Positions 49,170 to 62,244 of a DNA stretch of 64,000 nucleotides are shown here, in pieces; within the stretch, counting starts at the first letter, position 1; the number at the start of each line of letters is the position of its first letter. Source of the stretch: Mobula hypostoma (taxonomy: Eukaryota); NCBI RefSeq assembly GCF_963921235.1, contig NC_086099.1, positions 1,984,001 to 2,048,000 on the forward strand, in the 5' to 3' direction. The notes below the pieces were generated by a model. The model was not told where the DNA came from and did not search any database. It saw only the letters and a list, made by a program, of their open reading frames with translations. Position numbers and translations under genes: made by a program.

Positions 49170-52100
49170 GTTAGAAACATAGAAAACCTACAGCACAATA
49201 CAGGCCCTTCAGCTCACAAAGCTGTGTCGAACATGTCCCTACCTTAGAAATTACTAGGCTTACCTATAGCCCTCTATTTTTCTAAGCTCCATGTATCTAT
49301 CCAAAAGTCTCTTAAACGACCCTATCGTATCCGCCTCCACCACCGATGCCGGCAGCCCATTCCACGTACTCACCACTCTCCACAGGATATGTGGTTCCCA
49401 AAGAGGATAAGTATTCTACAGGAAAGATGACACAAATGTGGCTAACCAGAGAAGTCAGAGCCAGCATAAACACCAAAGAGAAGCTGATGTTGGACACCAT
49501 TTCACCAATTCAACCTTCCCTTGTTGCCCAATTAAAGCAACGAGGGAGATTGAAACGCCAACTGCCTGCTTTTTCATTGCTGGTGAAATGCTCTGCTACA
49601 GAGAGGGATAATGCTGCCCAGGTTGCTGGAGAGATAGTGATGGGGACAAGGAAATGGTGATCGAACTGAATAAGTATTTTCAAAACTAGTAAATCTACAG
49701 CACATCGCAGACCCTTTGGTCCACAGTGTTGTGCTGACCATGTAACCAAATCTAGAAGCTGCCTAGAATTTCCCTACTGCAATGCCCTCTATTTTTCTAA
49801 GTTACATGTATCTATCTAAGTCTCTTAAAAGACCCTATCGTTTCCACCTCCACTACCATCCCTGGCAGCCCATTCCACGCACTCAACACTCTGTGGAAAA
49901 ATTTGCCCCTGATATCCCCTCTGTACCTACTTCCAAGCACCTTAAAACTGTGCCCTCTCATGTTAGTCATTTTAGCCCTGGGAAAAAGCCTCTGACTATC
50001 CACATGATCAATGCCTCTCATCATCTTATACACCTCTATCAAGTCACGTCTCATCCTCCGTCGCTCCAAGGAGAAAAGGCCGAGTTCACTCAACCTATTC
50101 TCATAAGGCATGCTCCCCAATCCAGGCAACATCCTCGTAAATCTCCTCTGCACCCTTTCTATGGTTTCCACATCCTTCCCGTAGTGAGGTGACCAGAACT
50201 GAACACAGTACTCCAAGTGGGGTCTAACTAAGGTCTTTATATAGCTCTTATATAAAGTCTCACGTCTCTTGAACTCAGTCCCAAAGTTGATGAAGCCCAA
50301 TGCACTGTATGCCTTCTTAACAACACCGTCAACCTGCAGAGCAGTTTTGAGTGTCTAATGGACATGGACACCAAGATCTCGCTGATCCTCCACACTGCCA
50401 AGTCTTACCATTAATATTATATTCTGTCTTCAAATTTGACCGACCGAAATGAACCACTTCACACTTTTCTGGGTTGGACTCCATCTGCCACTTCACAGGC
50501 CAGTTCTGCTTCCTATTGATGTCGCACTGCAACCTCTAATTTTGCAACAGTCCTCACTGTGGGAGACACTCTCAGTATGGTGGAAGTTCCAGGTGTCACA
50601 GGTCATGAAGTGTGTGAAGTTACCATAACTTGAGAGAAGGTTCTTGGCAAACTGCAAGTTCCAAAGGTAGCTAAGTCACCTGGTGTTGATGGTGAACACC
50701 TCGGGGTCCTGAAAGAGCTGGCTGAACAGATTGTGGAGGCATTAGTAATGATCTTTCATCAAGACTGGAAAATTGCAAAGTCAGTCTGCGCTTCAGGAAG
50801 GGAGAGAGGCCGAAGAAAGGAAACTATTGGCCAGTTAGTCTGACCTATGTGCTTGGGAAGATGTTGGAGTTCATTATCAACGATGAGGTTATCACAGTAC
50901 TTGGAGACACGTGATAAAATGGGTCGCAGGCAGTGTGGATTCCTCAAGGGAAAATCTTGCCTGACAGATATGTTGGAATTCTTTGAAGAAAAAACAAACA
51001 GGATAGACAAAGGAGAATTGGTTGATGTTTTGTGTACTTGGATTTTCAGAAGGCCTTTGATAAGGTGCCACACATGAGGCTGCTTAACAAGCTTTGAGCC
51101 TATAGTATTACAGGAAAGATTCTAACATGGACTGATGTGGCTGATTGGTAGGAGGCAAAGAGTGGGAATAAAGGGAGCCTTTTCTGGCCGGCTGCCAGTG
51201 ACTAGTGTTCCACAGGTGTCTGTGTTGGGTTTCATTCTTTTTGTGTTACATGTCAATGATTTAGATAATGGAATTGATGGCTTTGTTGCAAAGTTTGCAG
51301 ACAATATGAAGCTAGGTGGAGGGACAGGTAGGTTTGAGGAAGTAGAGAGGCTACAGAAGAAATTAGTTTAGGAGAATGGGCAAAGAAGTGGCAGATGGAA
51401 TACAGTGTCAGGAAGTGTATGGTCATGCACTTTGGTAGAAAAATGAAAGGGTTGACGATTTTCTAAATAGAAGACAAAAAATGGAAATGGCAAGAGACTT
51501 GGGAGTCCTTGTGCAGGATTCTCTAAAGATTAATTTGCAAGTTGAGTCTTGGAGTGTTGTGAGCAGGTTTGGGCCCCTTATCTTAGAAAGGATGTGACGA
51601 AACTGGAGAGGAGTCAAATGAAGTTCATGAATATGGTTCCAGGATTGAATGGTTTGTCATATGAAGGGTGTTTGATGGCTCTGGGCCTGTATACACTGGA
51701 ATTCAGAAGAATGAGGGATGACCTCATGGAAACCTATTAAATGGTGAAAGGAATCGATAGAGTAGATGTGGAGAGGATGTTTCCTATGATGGGAGAATCT
51801 AAGACTAGAGGACACAGCCTCAGAATAGAGGGGTGAAATTTTTGAATGGAGATAAGGAAGAATTTCTTTAGCGATGAGTGGTGAATCTGTGGAATTCATT
51901 GTCACAGGCAGTTGTGGAGGCCAAGTCTTTATGTATATTTAAGGCAGAGGTTGATAGATTCTTGATTGGTCAGGGCACGAAGGAATACGGGAAGAAGGCA
52001 GGAGATTGGGGCTGAGAGGAAACTGGATCAGCCATGATGAAATGCTTGGCAGTCTTGATGAGCCAATGGCCTTATTCTGCTCCTGTATCTTAGGGTCTTG
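49170..52100. mobile_element. Cluster of nested, decayed CR1 fragments on both strands
   Basis: LVRPHLEYCVQFWSP, GFLKGKSCLT, KFADN fragments. Confidence 0.8.
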
Positions 52101-52289
52101 TACAGAGAATTCTGAGCAGAGAAACATCCGGTGCTTCAGGACTGATAAAGTCACTTTGCAGCCGATAAATGTTTAGGCAGTCGTCATGGAACTACAGCAC
52201 AGAAACAGGTCTAGTCTCAGATGTACCTGTCAGGAACATATGCAGCTACAACAATGATTAGGAAGCTAAATAATACATAGGCCTTTCCT

Positions 52290-53320
52290 TCCAAATGCTG
52301 GTGAACGCAGCAGGCCAGGCAGCATCTCTAGGAAGAAGTGCAGTCGACGTTTCAGGCCGAGACCCTTCGTCAGGACTAACTGAAGGAAGAGTGAGTAAGG
52401 GATTTGAAAGCTGGAGGGGGAGGGGGAGATCCAAAATGATAGGAGAAGACAGGAGGGGGAGGGATGGAGCCGAGAGCTGGACAAGTGATAGGCAAAAGGG
52501 ATATGAGAGGATCATGGGACAGGAGGTCCGGGACGAAAGACAAGGGGGGGGGACCCAGAGGATGGGCAAGAGGTATATTCAGAGGGACAGAGGGAAAAAA
52601 GAGAGAGAAAAAAAGGGGGAAAGAAGAAAAAATATATATACTGGATGGGGTACGAGGGGGAGGAGGGGCATTAATGGAAGTTAGAGAAGTCAATGTTCAT
52701 GCCATCAGGTTGGAGGCTACCCAGACGGAATATAAGGTTTCTCTAACTTCCGTTAATGGATGGCATGAACATTTAGGTTCATTAACGGAAGTTAGAGAAA
52801 CTTCCTCCAACACTCAGGTTGGAGGAACAACACCTTCTATTCCGTCTGGGTAGCCTCCAACCTGATGGCATGAACATTGACTTCTCAAACTTCCATTGAT
52901 GCCCCTCCTCCCCCTAGTACCCCATCTGTTATTTATTTATTTATTCTCCCCCCCCCCCCCCCTTTTTACCTCTCTTTTTCTCCCTCTGTCTCTGAATATA
53001 CCCCTTCTGGGTCCCCCCCCCCTTGTCTTTCTACCTGGGCCTCCTGTCCCATGATCCTCTCGTATCCCTTTTGCCTATCACCTGTCCAGCTCTTGGCTCC
53101 ATCCCTCCCCCTCCTGTCTTCTCCTATCATTTTGCATCTCCCCCTCCCCCTCCAACTTTCAAATCTCTTACTAGCTCTTCCTTCAGTTAGTCCTGACGAA
53201 GGGTCTCGGCCTGAAATGTTGACTGTACCCCTTCCTAGAGATGCTGCCTGGCCTGCTGCGTTCACCAGCAACTTTGATGTGTGTTGCTTGAATTTCCAGC
53301 ATCTGCAGAATTCCTCGTGT
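52290..53320. mobile_element. Inverted pair of Penelope-like terminal segments
   Basis: 52295-52740 (minus) mirrors ~52810-53320 (plus); both carry CTGACGAAGGGTCTCGGCCTGAAA. Confidence 0.8.
52342..52377 (-). ncRNA. Minimal type-I hammerhead ribozyme motif in Penelope terminus
   Basis: AGTC-CTGACGA-AGG-GTCTCGG-CCT-GAAAC-GTC-GACT: stem I, CUGAnGA, stem II, GAAA, GUC. Confidence 0.7.
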
Positions 53321-55681
53321 GAGGGCAGGGATGGTTTCCAGAAGTCAGAAAAATCGATGCTCCTGCCATCAGAGACTTATGAAGGTGGTCTACAAATTAC
53401 AGTGGGAGATAAAAAATAAAATGCATGTCAAAAGGGCAATGTTATGATAGTCACAGGGGATTTAAATATGCAGGTAGATTGGGAAAATTATGTTGGTGCT
53501 GGATCCGAAGAAAGAGAATTTGCGGAATGGCCATGGCTCTATTGCCTGTGGTGGGTTAAGACCGTAAAAGACATGTTGAGGTGAGTTTAATGGGTGTCAT
53601 TCGTTCATTAGCATAGCTAACGTTATTTAAACTAGCTGGCTGGCTGCTAAGGAGCTACTCTATTGCAGACAGTCCACCTCTCCCGGAATTCCGCAAGTCT
53701 CCCGCAAATTGATGGTGCTACAGTTTTTGCAGGGTGGGATGTCTGTGTTCGTGTGGATCCTGCTGTGATGTGTCACCCTGTTACAAATCATTCCCATGAA
53801 ATATCAGACACTATCCAGATGCAATTGAACGGTTTAGCTTTATAATTCTTGATTTAACTAAAGGATTAGAAAAGAAAAACAAAAAGGAAAGGGCCCATTT
53901 TAATGAAACAGTCTTAATGTGCACAAGTTGGAGCTCACAGTTTCCCTTCTGCTGGTCCACCATCAATTTCCCCCGGCTTCGTTGTCTCCCAGCCCCACTC
54001 CAATTCCACTCCTTTCTGGTGTCCACGACCTCTCCATCTTCTGCTGAGCAAAAGATCCAGACCACCTCGGTCTCAGGCACACAACAAGAAAAAAACAGTC
54101 ACTTCCTTCACTGGACGACATGACACTCATTCCAAAGCCCCCGCTATCTCACTGCAGCTACAGAAAGAGCATGACATTAGCAGTGAAACCTTTCGCAGGG
54201 CGTTACATACGAAAGAAGGTGCTGACATTGGCGAGGATTCAGAGGAGGTTCATGGGAATGAAAGGTTATCCTATGAGGAGTGTTTGATGGCTCTGGGTCT
54301 GCACTTGCTGGAATTTCGAAGAATGGAGGTGGGGTGGCGTCTCATTGAAACCTATTGAGAGTTGAAAAGCCTGCGAAGAGAGGATGTGGAGAGGATGTTT
54401 CTTGTGTTGGAGGAGTCTAGGACCAGAGGCAACAGCTTTCGAATCGAAGGGCATCCATTTAGAATGGAGATGAAGAGGAATTTCTTTAACCAGAGGGTGG
54501 TGAATCTGTGGAATTGATTGCCGCAGATGGCCGTGGGGACCAGGTCATTGGGTATATTTAAGGTGGAAGCTGATAGGTTCTTGATTAGTCAGGGCATCAA
54601 AGGTTACAGGGAGAAGGCAGGAGAGTGGAGTTGGGGGGAAAATGGTTCGTCCAAGATGGAACGGTGGAGCAGACTCGATGGGCTGAATAGGCTAATTCTG
54701 CTCCTATGGTCTTATGTGAGGTGTTGATCTTCCAGCCTGCGTACTGGCCTCAAAGTGGAATGGTTGTTTGCGCTGTTTGGTTTTTTTTGCATGTTGGGTG
54801 CCTGACGGCCTTTTTCATGGGCTCTATTGGGTTTCTTTGTCTAATGGCTGCCTGTAACGAGACAAATCTCAGGTTGCATACACCATAAATACTTTAATAA
54901 CAAAAGTATTTTGGACTTTGGAGTGGAATTGAAATGGGTGACGAGCAGGAGGTCCCGCCTATGACAATGGACAGAGTGAAGGTGCTCAGCCTGCATCCAG
55001 TCTCACTGACGTGGAGGAGGCTCCATTACGAGTACCGGTTCCAAGTAATGTTCCTGACAGACTCTCAGGTGAAGTGCTGCCTCACCTGGAAGGACTATTG
55101 AAAGCCCTGAAGTGAGAATGGAGGAGGTGGATAAGTTCCAGGAGGGAAATCAGTGGAGAGTGACAAGTGAACGGTCTCCCACCCCCATGGCATAAACATT
55201 GATTCCTCTAACTTCCAAGAACTGCTCCCTGTGTTCTACTTGACCCCTTTGCTCTCCTCATTCTGGTAGTCTGTCACTTCTTTAAGCCTCTTATTCCTAT
55301 CCCCTCCCAGCTTCCTCACTGTGCCCTGTCATTTCCCCTCCACCTACCTACCTTCCTCTTCGTCCGGCCTCACCTATCGCCTCCTCTTTACGTCACTTTC
55401 CTCTCCGATCAGATTCCTTCTTCCACAGCCCTCCGTATCCCGCACTTCCAGCTTTTCCCATCATCCTCACCGGTCACCTGCCAACTTGTACTCCACCCCC
55501 TCGTCCAGTTCCGATGCAGACCCAAATTGTCACCTCTTTCTTCCCCTCCATAGACGCTGCCTGGCCTGCTGAGTTGCTCCAGTATTTATTTTGCCAAATT
55601 TACAGCATTTGCAGAGCTCTGTGTCTGCTTGAGAAAACTGATCATTACTATGTAGATGGGACCAATGAAGGCCAGTGACGT

Positions 55682-58600
55682 GGAAAGTCAGTGAAAGCAG
55701 GCGATTTTATTAAAGCCGGTGGTGTGGCTGGCCCGGTAGATTTTATTAAAACCAGTGGTGTGGCTGGGCCGGTAGATTTTATTAAAACCAGTGGTGTGGC
55801 TGGCCCGGTAGATTTTATTAAAGCCGGTGTGGCTGGGCCGGTAGATTTTATTAAAACCAGTGGTGTGGCTGGCCCGGTAGATTTTATTAAAGCCGGTGTG
55901 GCTGGCCCGGTAGATTTTATTAAAACCAGTGGTGTGGCTGGGCCGGTAGATTTTATTAAAACCAGTGGTGTGGCTGGGCCGGTAGATTTTATTAAAACCA
56001 GTGGTGTGGCTGGCCCGGTAGATTTTATTAAAACCAGTGGTGTGGCTGGGCCGGTAGATTTTATTAAAACCAGTGGTGTGGCTGGCCCGGTAGATTTTAT
56101 TAAAACCAGTGGTGTGGAAAGTCAGTGAAAGCAGGCGATTTTATTAAAACCAGTGGTGTGGCTGGCCCGGTAGATTTTATTAAAGCCGGTGTGGCTGGCC
56201 CGGTAGATTTTATTAAAACCGGTGGTGTGGCTGGCCCGGTAGATTTTATTAAAACCAGTGGTGTGGCTGGGCCGGTAGATTTTATTAAAACCAGTGGTGT
56301 GGCTGGCCCGGTAGATTTTATTAAAACCAGTGGTGTGGCTGGCCCGGTAGATTTTATTAAAACCAGTGGTGTGGAAAGTCAGTGAAAGCAGGCGATTTTA
56401 TTAAAACCAGTGGTGTGGCTGGCCCGGTAGATTTTATTAAAACCAGTGGTGTGGCTGGGCCGGTAGATTTTATTAAAACCAGTGGTGTGGCTGGCCCGGT
56501 AGATTTTATTAAAACCAGTGGTGTGGCTGGGCCGGTAGATTTTATTAAAACCAGTGGTGTGGCTGGCCCGGTAGATTTTATTAAAACCAGTGGTGTGGCT
56601 GGCCCGGTAGATTTTATTAAAACCAGTGGTGTGGCTGGGCCGGTAGATTTTATTAAAACCAGTGGTGTGGCTGGCCCGGTAGATTTTATTAAAACCAGTG
56701 GTGTGGCTGGCCCGGTAGATTTTATTAAAACCAGTGGTGTGGAAAGTCAGTGAAAGCAGGCGATTTTATTAAAACCAGTGGTGTGGCTGGCCCGGTAGAT
56801 TTTATTAAAGCCGGTGTGGCTGGCCCGGTAGATTTTATTAAAACCAGTGGTGTGGCTGGGCCGGTAGATTTTATTAAAACCAGTGGTGTGGCTGGCCCGG
56901 TAGATTTTATTAAAGCCGGTGTGGCTGGCCCGGTAGATTTTATTAAAACCAGTGGTGTGGCTGGGCCGGTAGATTTTATTAAAACCAGTGGTGTGGCTGG
57001 CCCGGTAGATTTTATTAAAACCAGTGGTGTGGCTGGGCCGGTAGATTTTATTAAAACCAGTGGTGTGGCTGGGCCGGTAGATTTTATTAAAACCAGTGGT
57101 GTGGCTGGCCCGGTAGATTTTATTAAAACCAGTGGTGTGGCTGGGCCGGTAGATTTTATTAAAACCAGTGGTGTGGCTGGCCCGGTAGATTTTATTAAAG
57201 CCGGTGTGGCTGGCCCGGTAGATTTTATTAAAACCAGTGGTGTGGCTGGGCCGGTAGATTTTATTAAAACCAGTGGTGTGGCTGGCCCGGTAGATTTTAT
57301 TAAAACCAGTGGTGTGGCTGGCCCGGTAGATTTTATTAAAACCAGTGGTGTGGCTGGCCCGGTAGATTTTATTAAAGCCGGTGTGGCTGGCCCGGTAGAT
57401 TTTATTAAAACCAGTGGTGTGGCTGGGCCGGTAGATTTTATTAAAACCAGTGGTGTGGCTGGCCCGGTAGATTTTATTAAAACCAGTGGTGTGGCTGGCC
57501 CGGTAGATTTTATTAAAACCAGTGGTGTGGCTGGGCCGGTAGATTTTATTAAAACCAGTGGTGTGGCTGGCCCGGTAGATTTTATTAAAACCAGTGGTGT
57601 GGAAAGTCAGTGAAAGCAGGCGATTTTATTAAAACCAGTGGTGTGGCTGGCCCGGTAGATTTTATTAAAGCCGGTGTGGCTGGCCCGGTAGATTTTATTA
57701 AAACCGGTGGTGTGGCTGGGCCGGTAGATTTTATTAAAACCAGTGGTGTGGCTGGCCCGGTAGATTTTATTAAAACCAGTGGTGTGGCTGGGCCGGTAGA
57801 TTTTATTAAAACCAGTGGTGTGGCTGGCCCGGTAGATTTTATTAAAACCAGTGGTGTGGCTGGCCCGGTAGATTTTATTAAAACCAGTGGTGTGGCTGGC
57901 CCGGTAGATTTTATTAAAACCAGTGGTGTGGCTGGCCCGGTAGATTTTATTAAAACCAGTGGTGTGGCTGGGCCGGTAGATTTTATTAAAACCAGTGGTG
58001 TGGCTGGCCCGGTAGATTTTATTAAAACCAGTGGTGTGGCTGGCCCGGTAGATTTTATTAAAACCAGTGGTGTGGCTGGCCCGGTAGATTTTATTAAAAC
58101 CAGTGGTGTGGCTGGCCCGGTAGATTTTATTAAAACCAGTGGTGTGGCTGGCCCGGTAGATTTTATTAAAACCAGTGGTGTGGCTGGGCCGGTAGATTTT
58201 ATTAAAACCAGTGGTGTGGCTGGCCCGGTAGATTTTATTAAAACCAGTGGTGTGGCTGGGCCGGTAGATTTTATTAAAACCAGTGGTGTGGCTGGCCCGG
58301 TAGATTTTATTAAAACCAGTGGTGTGGCTGGGCCGGTAGATTTTATTAAAACCAGTGGTGTGGCTGGCCCGGTAGATTTTATTAAAACCAGTGGTGTGGA
58401 AAGTCAGTGAAAGCAGGCGATTTTATTAAAACCAGTGGTGTGGCTGGCCCGGTAGATTTTATTAAAGCCGGTGTGGCTGGCCCGGTAGATTTTATTAAAA
58501 CCAGTGGTGTGGCTGGGCCGGTAGATTTTATTAAAACCAGTGGTGTGGCTGGCCCGGTAGATTTTATTAAAGCCGGTGTGGCTGGCCCGGTAGATTTTAT

Positions 58601-59245
58601 TAAAACCAGTGGTGTGGCTGGGCCGGTAGATTTTATTAAAACCAGTGGTGTGGCTGGCCCGGTAGATTTTATTAAAACCAGTGGTGTGGCTGGGCCGGTA
58701 GATTTTATTAAAACCAGTGGTGTGGCTGGGCCGGTAGATTTTATTAAAACCAGTGGTGTGGCTGGCCCGGTAGATTTTATTAAAACCAGTGGTGTGGCTG
58801 GGCCGGTAGATTTTATTAAAACCAGTGGTGTGGCTGGGCCGGTAGATTTTATTAAAACCAGTGGTGTGGCTGGCCCGGTAGATTTTATTAAAGCCGGTGT
58901 GGCTGGCCCGGTAGATTTTATTAAAACCAGTGGTGTGGCTGGCCCGGTAGATTTTATTAAAACCAGTGGTGTGGCTGGGCCGGTAGATTTTATTAAAACC
59001 AGTGGTGTGGCTGGGCCGGTAGATTTTATTAAAACCAGTGGTGTGGCTGGCCCGGTAGATTTTATTAAAGCCGGTGTGGCTGGCCCGGTAGATTTTATTA
59101 ACACCAGTGGTGTGGCTGGGCCGGTAGATTTTATTAAAACCAGTGGTGTGGCTGGCCCGGTAGATTTTATTAAAACCAGTGGTGTGGCTGGCCCGGTAGA
59201 TTTTATTAAAACCAGTGGTGTGGCTGGGCCGGTAGATTTTATTAA
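55682..59245. repeat. 36-bp (33-bp variant) minisatellite, ~95-100 units, punctuated by a recurring GGAAAGTCAGTGAAAGCAGGC variant
   Basis: GGCCCGGTAGATTTTATTAAAACCAGTGGTGTGGCT tandem units. Confidence 0.97.
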
Positions 59246-59347
59246 TATAATTTCTATCAGAAGAGATATAATGTGGTTGAGATGGTTCTCCCTGGAAAGA
59301 GGATGAGGTTTGTAAATTATGAGGGGCACAGAATAATGTAGATGATA

Positions 59348-60235
59348 ACACACAAAATGCTGGCAGATTCAGACCAGGTAGCCTCCACGGAAAAGAGTAC
59401 AGTCAACGTTTCGGGCCGCGGCCCCTCATCGGATCTACAGTAAAAAAGAGAAGTTTGTGCAAGATGGTGGGAGGAGGGGAGGAAGAAGTACGAGGTGATG
59501 GGTGAAACTGGGAGGGGGGAAGAGGCGATGTAAACAGCTGGGAAGCTGATAGGTGTAAGCGAGGGGGAACCTGACAGGAGAGGGTAGAGGACCATGAGAG
59601 AAAAGGAAGCTGCAGGAGCACCCATCCTACCAGATGGGTGTGTAAGGAGACGAGGTGGGAGAGGGAACGGGGATGGGGAATGGTGAAGGGGGGGCAATTG
59701 CCAGAAGGTCGAGAGATCAATGTTCACGCCATCAGGTTGGAGGCTGCCCAGACGGAATACAAGGTGTTGCTCCTCCAACCTGAGTGTGGTCTCACCGCGA
59801 CAGTGGAGAGTGATCCCTGCGGAAAGTGGGATCGCTCCGCATGCAATTCCCTTGTCCATCCATCCCTCCTGGCACTAATCCTTGCAAGTGGAGCAAGTCA
59901 CCTGCTCCCTCACTACCATTCAGGGCCTCCAGCTGAGGTGGCACCGAGAGTCTGTTGGGGTCCTGAACTGTATTCGGTGCTCTGGGTGTGGCCTCCTGTA
60001 TGTTGGTGAGTCTGTTGGCGTCCGATACTATATTCGCAGACTGGAAGACTGTTTCCTCCTCCCCTCCCCCCGCATTCTTGCTCCAACTTCTATTTTTTCC
60101 CGGTCCTGACGAAGGGTCTCGGCACGAAACATCCACGGTTTTACTCTTTTCCATAGATGCTGCCCGCCCTCCTGATTTCCTCCAGCATTTTGTGTGTGTT
60201 GTTTGGATTTCCAGCAACTGCAGATTTTCTCGTCA
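59348..60235. mobile_element. Older inverted Penelope-like pair (GIY-YIG remnant)
   Basis: ESVGVLNCIRCSGCGLLYVGE (+) and EEQHLVFRLGSLQPDG (-). Confidence 0.7.
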
Positions 60236-60364
60236 AGGTAGATGGTCACAGGTTTTTCCCTCGGAGTGGGAGTCTAAAACTTGAAAACTCATGTTTAAGG
60301 CGAGAGATCTGAAAGGGGCCTGAGTGAAGCAAACTGCTGGAGGAAGTGGGTACAATTACAACAT

Positions 60365-61585
60365 TGGAAATGGACAAGGTAGAACCAGTGGATGTAGTGT
60401 ACCTGGACTTTCAGAAAGCCTTTGATAAAGTCCCACATAGGAGATTAGTGGGCAAAATTAGGGCACATGGTATTGGGGGCAGAGTACTGACATGGATTGA
60501 AAATTGGCTGGCTGACAGAAACCAAAGAGTAGCGATTAACGGGTCCCTTTCGGAATGGCAAGCGGTGACCAGTGGGGTACTGCAGGGTTCAGTGCTGGGA
60601 CCGCAGCTGTTTACAATATATATTAATGATTTAGATGAGGGAATTAAAAGTAACATTAGCAAATTTGCCAATGACACAAAGCTGGGTGGCAGTGTGAAAT
60701 GTGAGGAGGATGTTATGAGAATGCAGGGTGACTTGGACAGGCTGGGTGAGTGGGTGGATGCATGGCAGACGCAGTTTAATGTGGATAAATGTGAGGTTAT
60801 CCACGTTGGTGGCAAGAACAGGAAGGCAGATCATTATCTAAATGGAGTCAAGTTAGGAAAAGGGGAAGCTCAACGAGATCTAGGTGTTCTTGTACATCAG
60901 TCACTGAAAGCAAGCATGCAGGTACAGCAGGCAGTGAAGAAAGCTAATGGCATGCTGGCCTTTACAACAAGGGGAATTGAGTATAGGAGCAAAGAGGTCC
61001 TTCTGCAGTTGTACAGGGCCCTGGTGAGACCACACCTGGAGTATTGTGTGCAGTTTTGGTCTCCAAATTTGAGGAAGGACATTCTTGCTATTGAGGGAGT
61101 GCAGCGTAGCTTAACAGAGTTAATTCCCGGGATGGCGGGACTGTCATGTGTTGAAAGATTGGAGCGACTGGGCTTGTATACACTGGAATTTAGAAGGATG
61201 AGAGGGGATCTTATTGAAACATACTAGGTTATTAACGGATTGGAGACGCTGGAGGCAGGAAGCATGTTCCCGCTGATGGGTGAGTCCAGAACCAGAGGCC
61301 ACAGTTTAAGAGTAAGGGGTAGGCCATTTAGAACGGAGTTGAGGAAAAACAACTTCACCCAGAGAGTGGTGGATATATGGAAAGCTCTGCCCCAGAAGGC
61401 TGTGGAGGCCAAGTCTCTGGATGCTTTCAAGAAAGAGATGGATAGAGCTCTTAAAGATAGCGGAATCAAAGGTTATGGGGATGAGGCAGGAACTGGATAC
61501 TGATTGTGGATGATCAGCATGATCACAGTGAATGGCGATGCTGTCTTGAAGAGCCGAATGGTCTACTCCTGCACCTATTGTCTAT
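60365..61585 (+). mobile_element. CR1 ORF2 3' part, followed by a Rex1/L2 fragment (~61587-62043)
   Basis: 293-aa ORF with [28 protein letters not shown]. Confidence 0.9.
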
Positions 61586-62064
61586 TTCTACAGGGGCACA
61601 ATTGAGAGCATCCTGACCGGCTGCATCACTGCCTGATATGGGAACTGTACTTCCCTCAATCGCAGGGCTCTGCAGAGAGTGGTGTGGACAGCCCAGCGCA
61701 TCTGTAGATGTGAACTTCCCACTATTCAGGAGATTTACAAAGACCGGTGTGTAAAAAAGGGCCCCAAGGATCATTGGGGACCCAAATCACCCCGACCACA
61801 AACTGTTCCAGCTACTACCATCCGGGAAACGGTACCGCAACATAAAAGCCAGGACCAACGGGCTCCGGGACAGATTCTTCCACCAGGCCATCAGACTGAT
61901 TCATTCACGCTGACACAATTGTATTTCTATGTTATACTGACTGTCTTATTGAAAATACTATAAATTGTACATTTGGGCAGCGAAAGGATTTTCACTCCTC
62001 ATGGAGATGAAGGATGTAAGAAATAAAGTCAAATCAATTCAAATGGATACGGACAGAAAGGTTT

Positions 62065-62196
62065 ACAGTTCCGGAAGACGGGGGGCCGGAGGTATTGACG
62101 GACCGGCTCAGGTCGGAATCTTGATCTGAACGGACAGGTCGTGCTGAAGCGGAAAGGTTACCTCACTTCCGGTTTGTCAGGGTCGTGTAGGTCGCC
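62065..62196 (+). promoter_or_regulatory. CpG-rich promoter-like segment with ETS/GABP-type motifs
   Basis: TTCCGGAAG (~62070), GCGGAA (~62149), CACTTCCGG (~62164); many CpGs. Confidence 0.55.
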
Positions 62197-62238
62197 ATGA
62201 GTCGGGCTTGGGTGGCGCTCGGAACCCGGGGGTGGCGG
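62197..62238 (+). CDS. Probable first coding exon of an unidentified gene (MSRAWVALGTRGWR)
   Basis: GCC-ATG start, strong phase-0 donor CGG|GTGAGT, CpG-rich unique sequence with ETS motifs upstream. Confidence 0.5.
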
Positions 62239-62244
62239 GTGAGT

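Noticed and set aside
53779-54207. Possible solo LTR (TGTTAC...GTTACA)
   Set aside because: No matching TSD or internal domains; support too weak
55691-59353. AGPVDFIKTSGV repeat ORFs
   Set aside because: Non-ATG starts, both strands open, no splice or homology support
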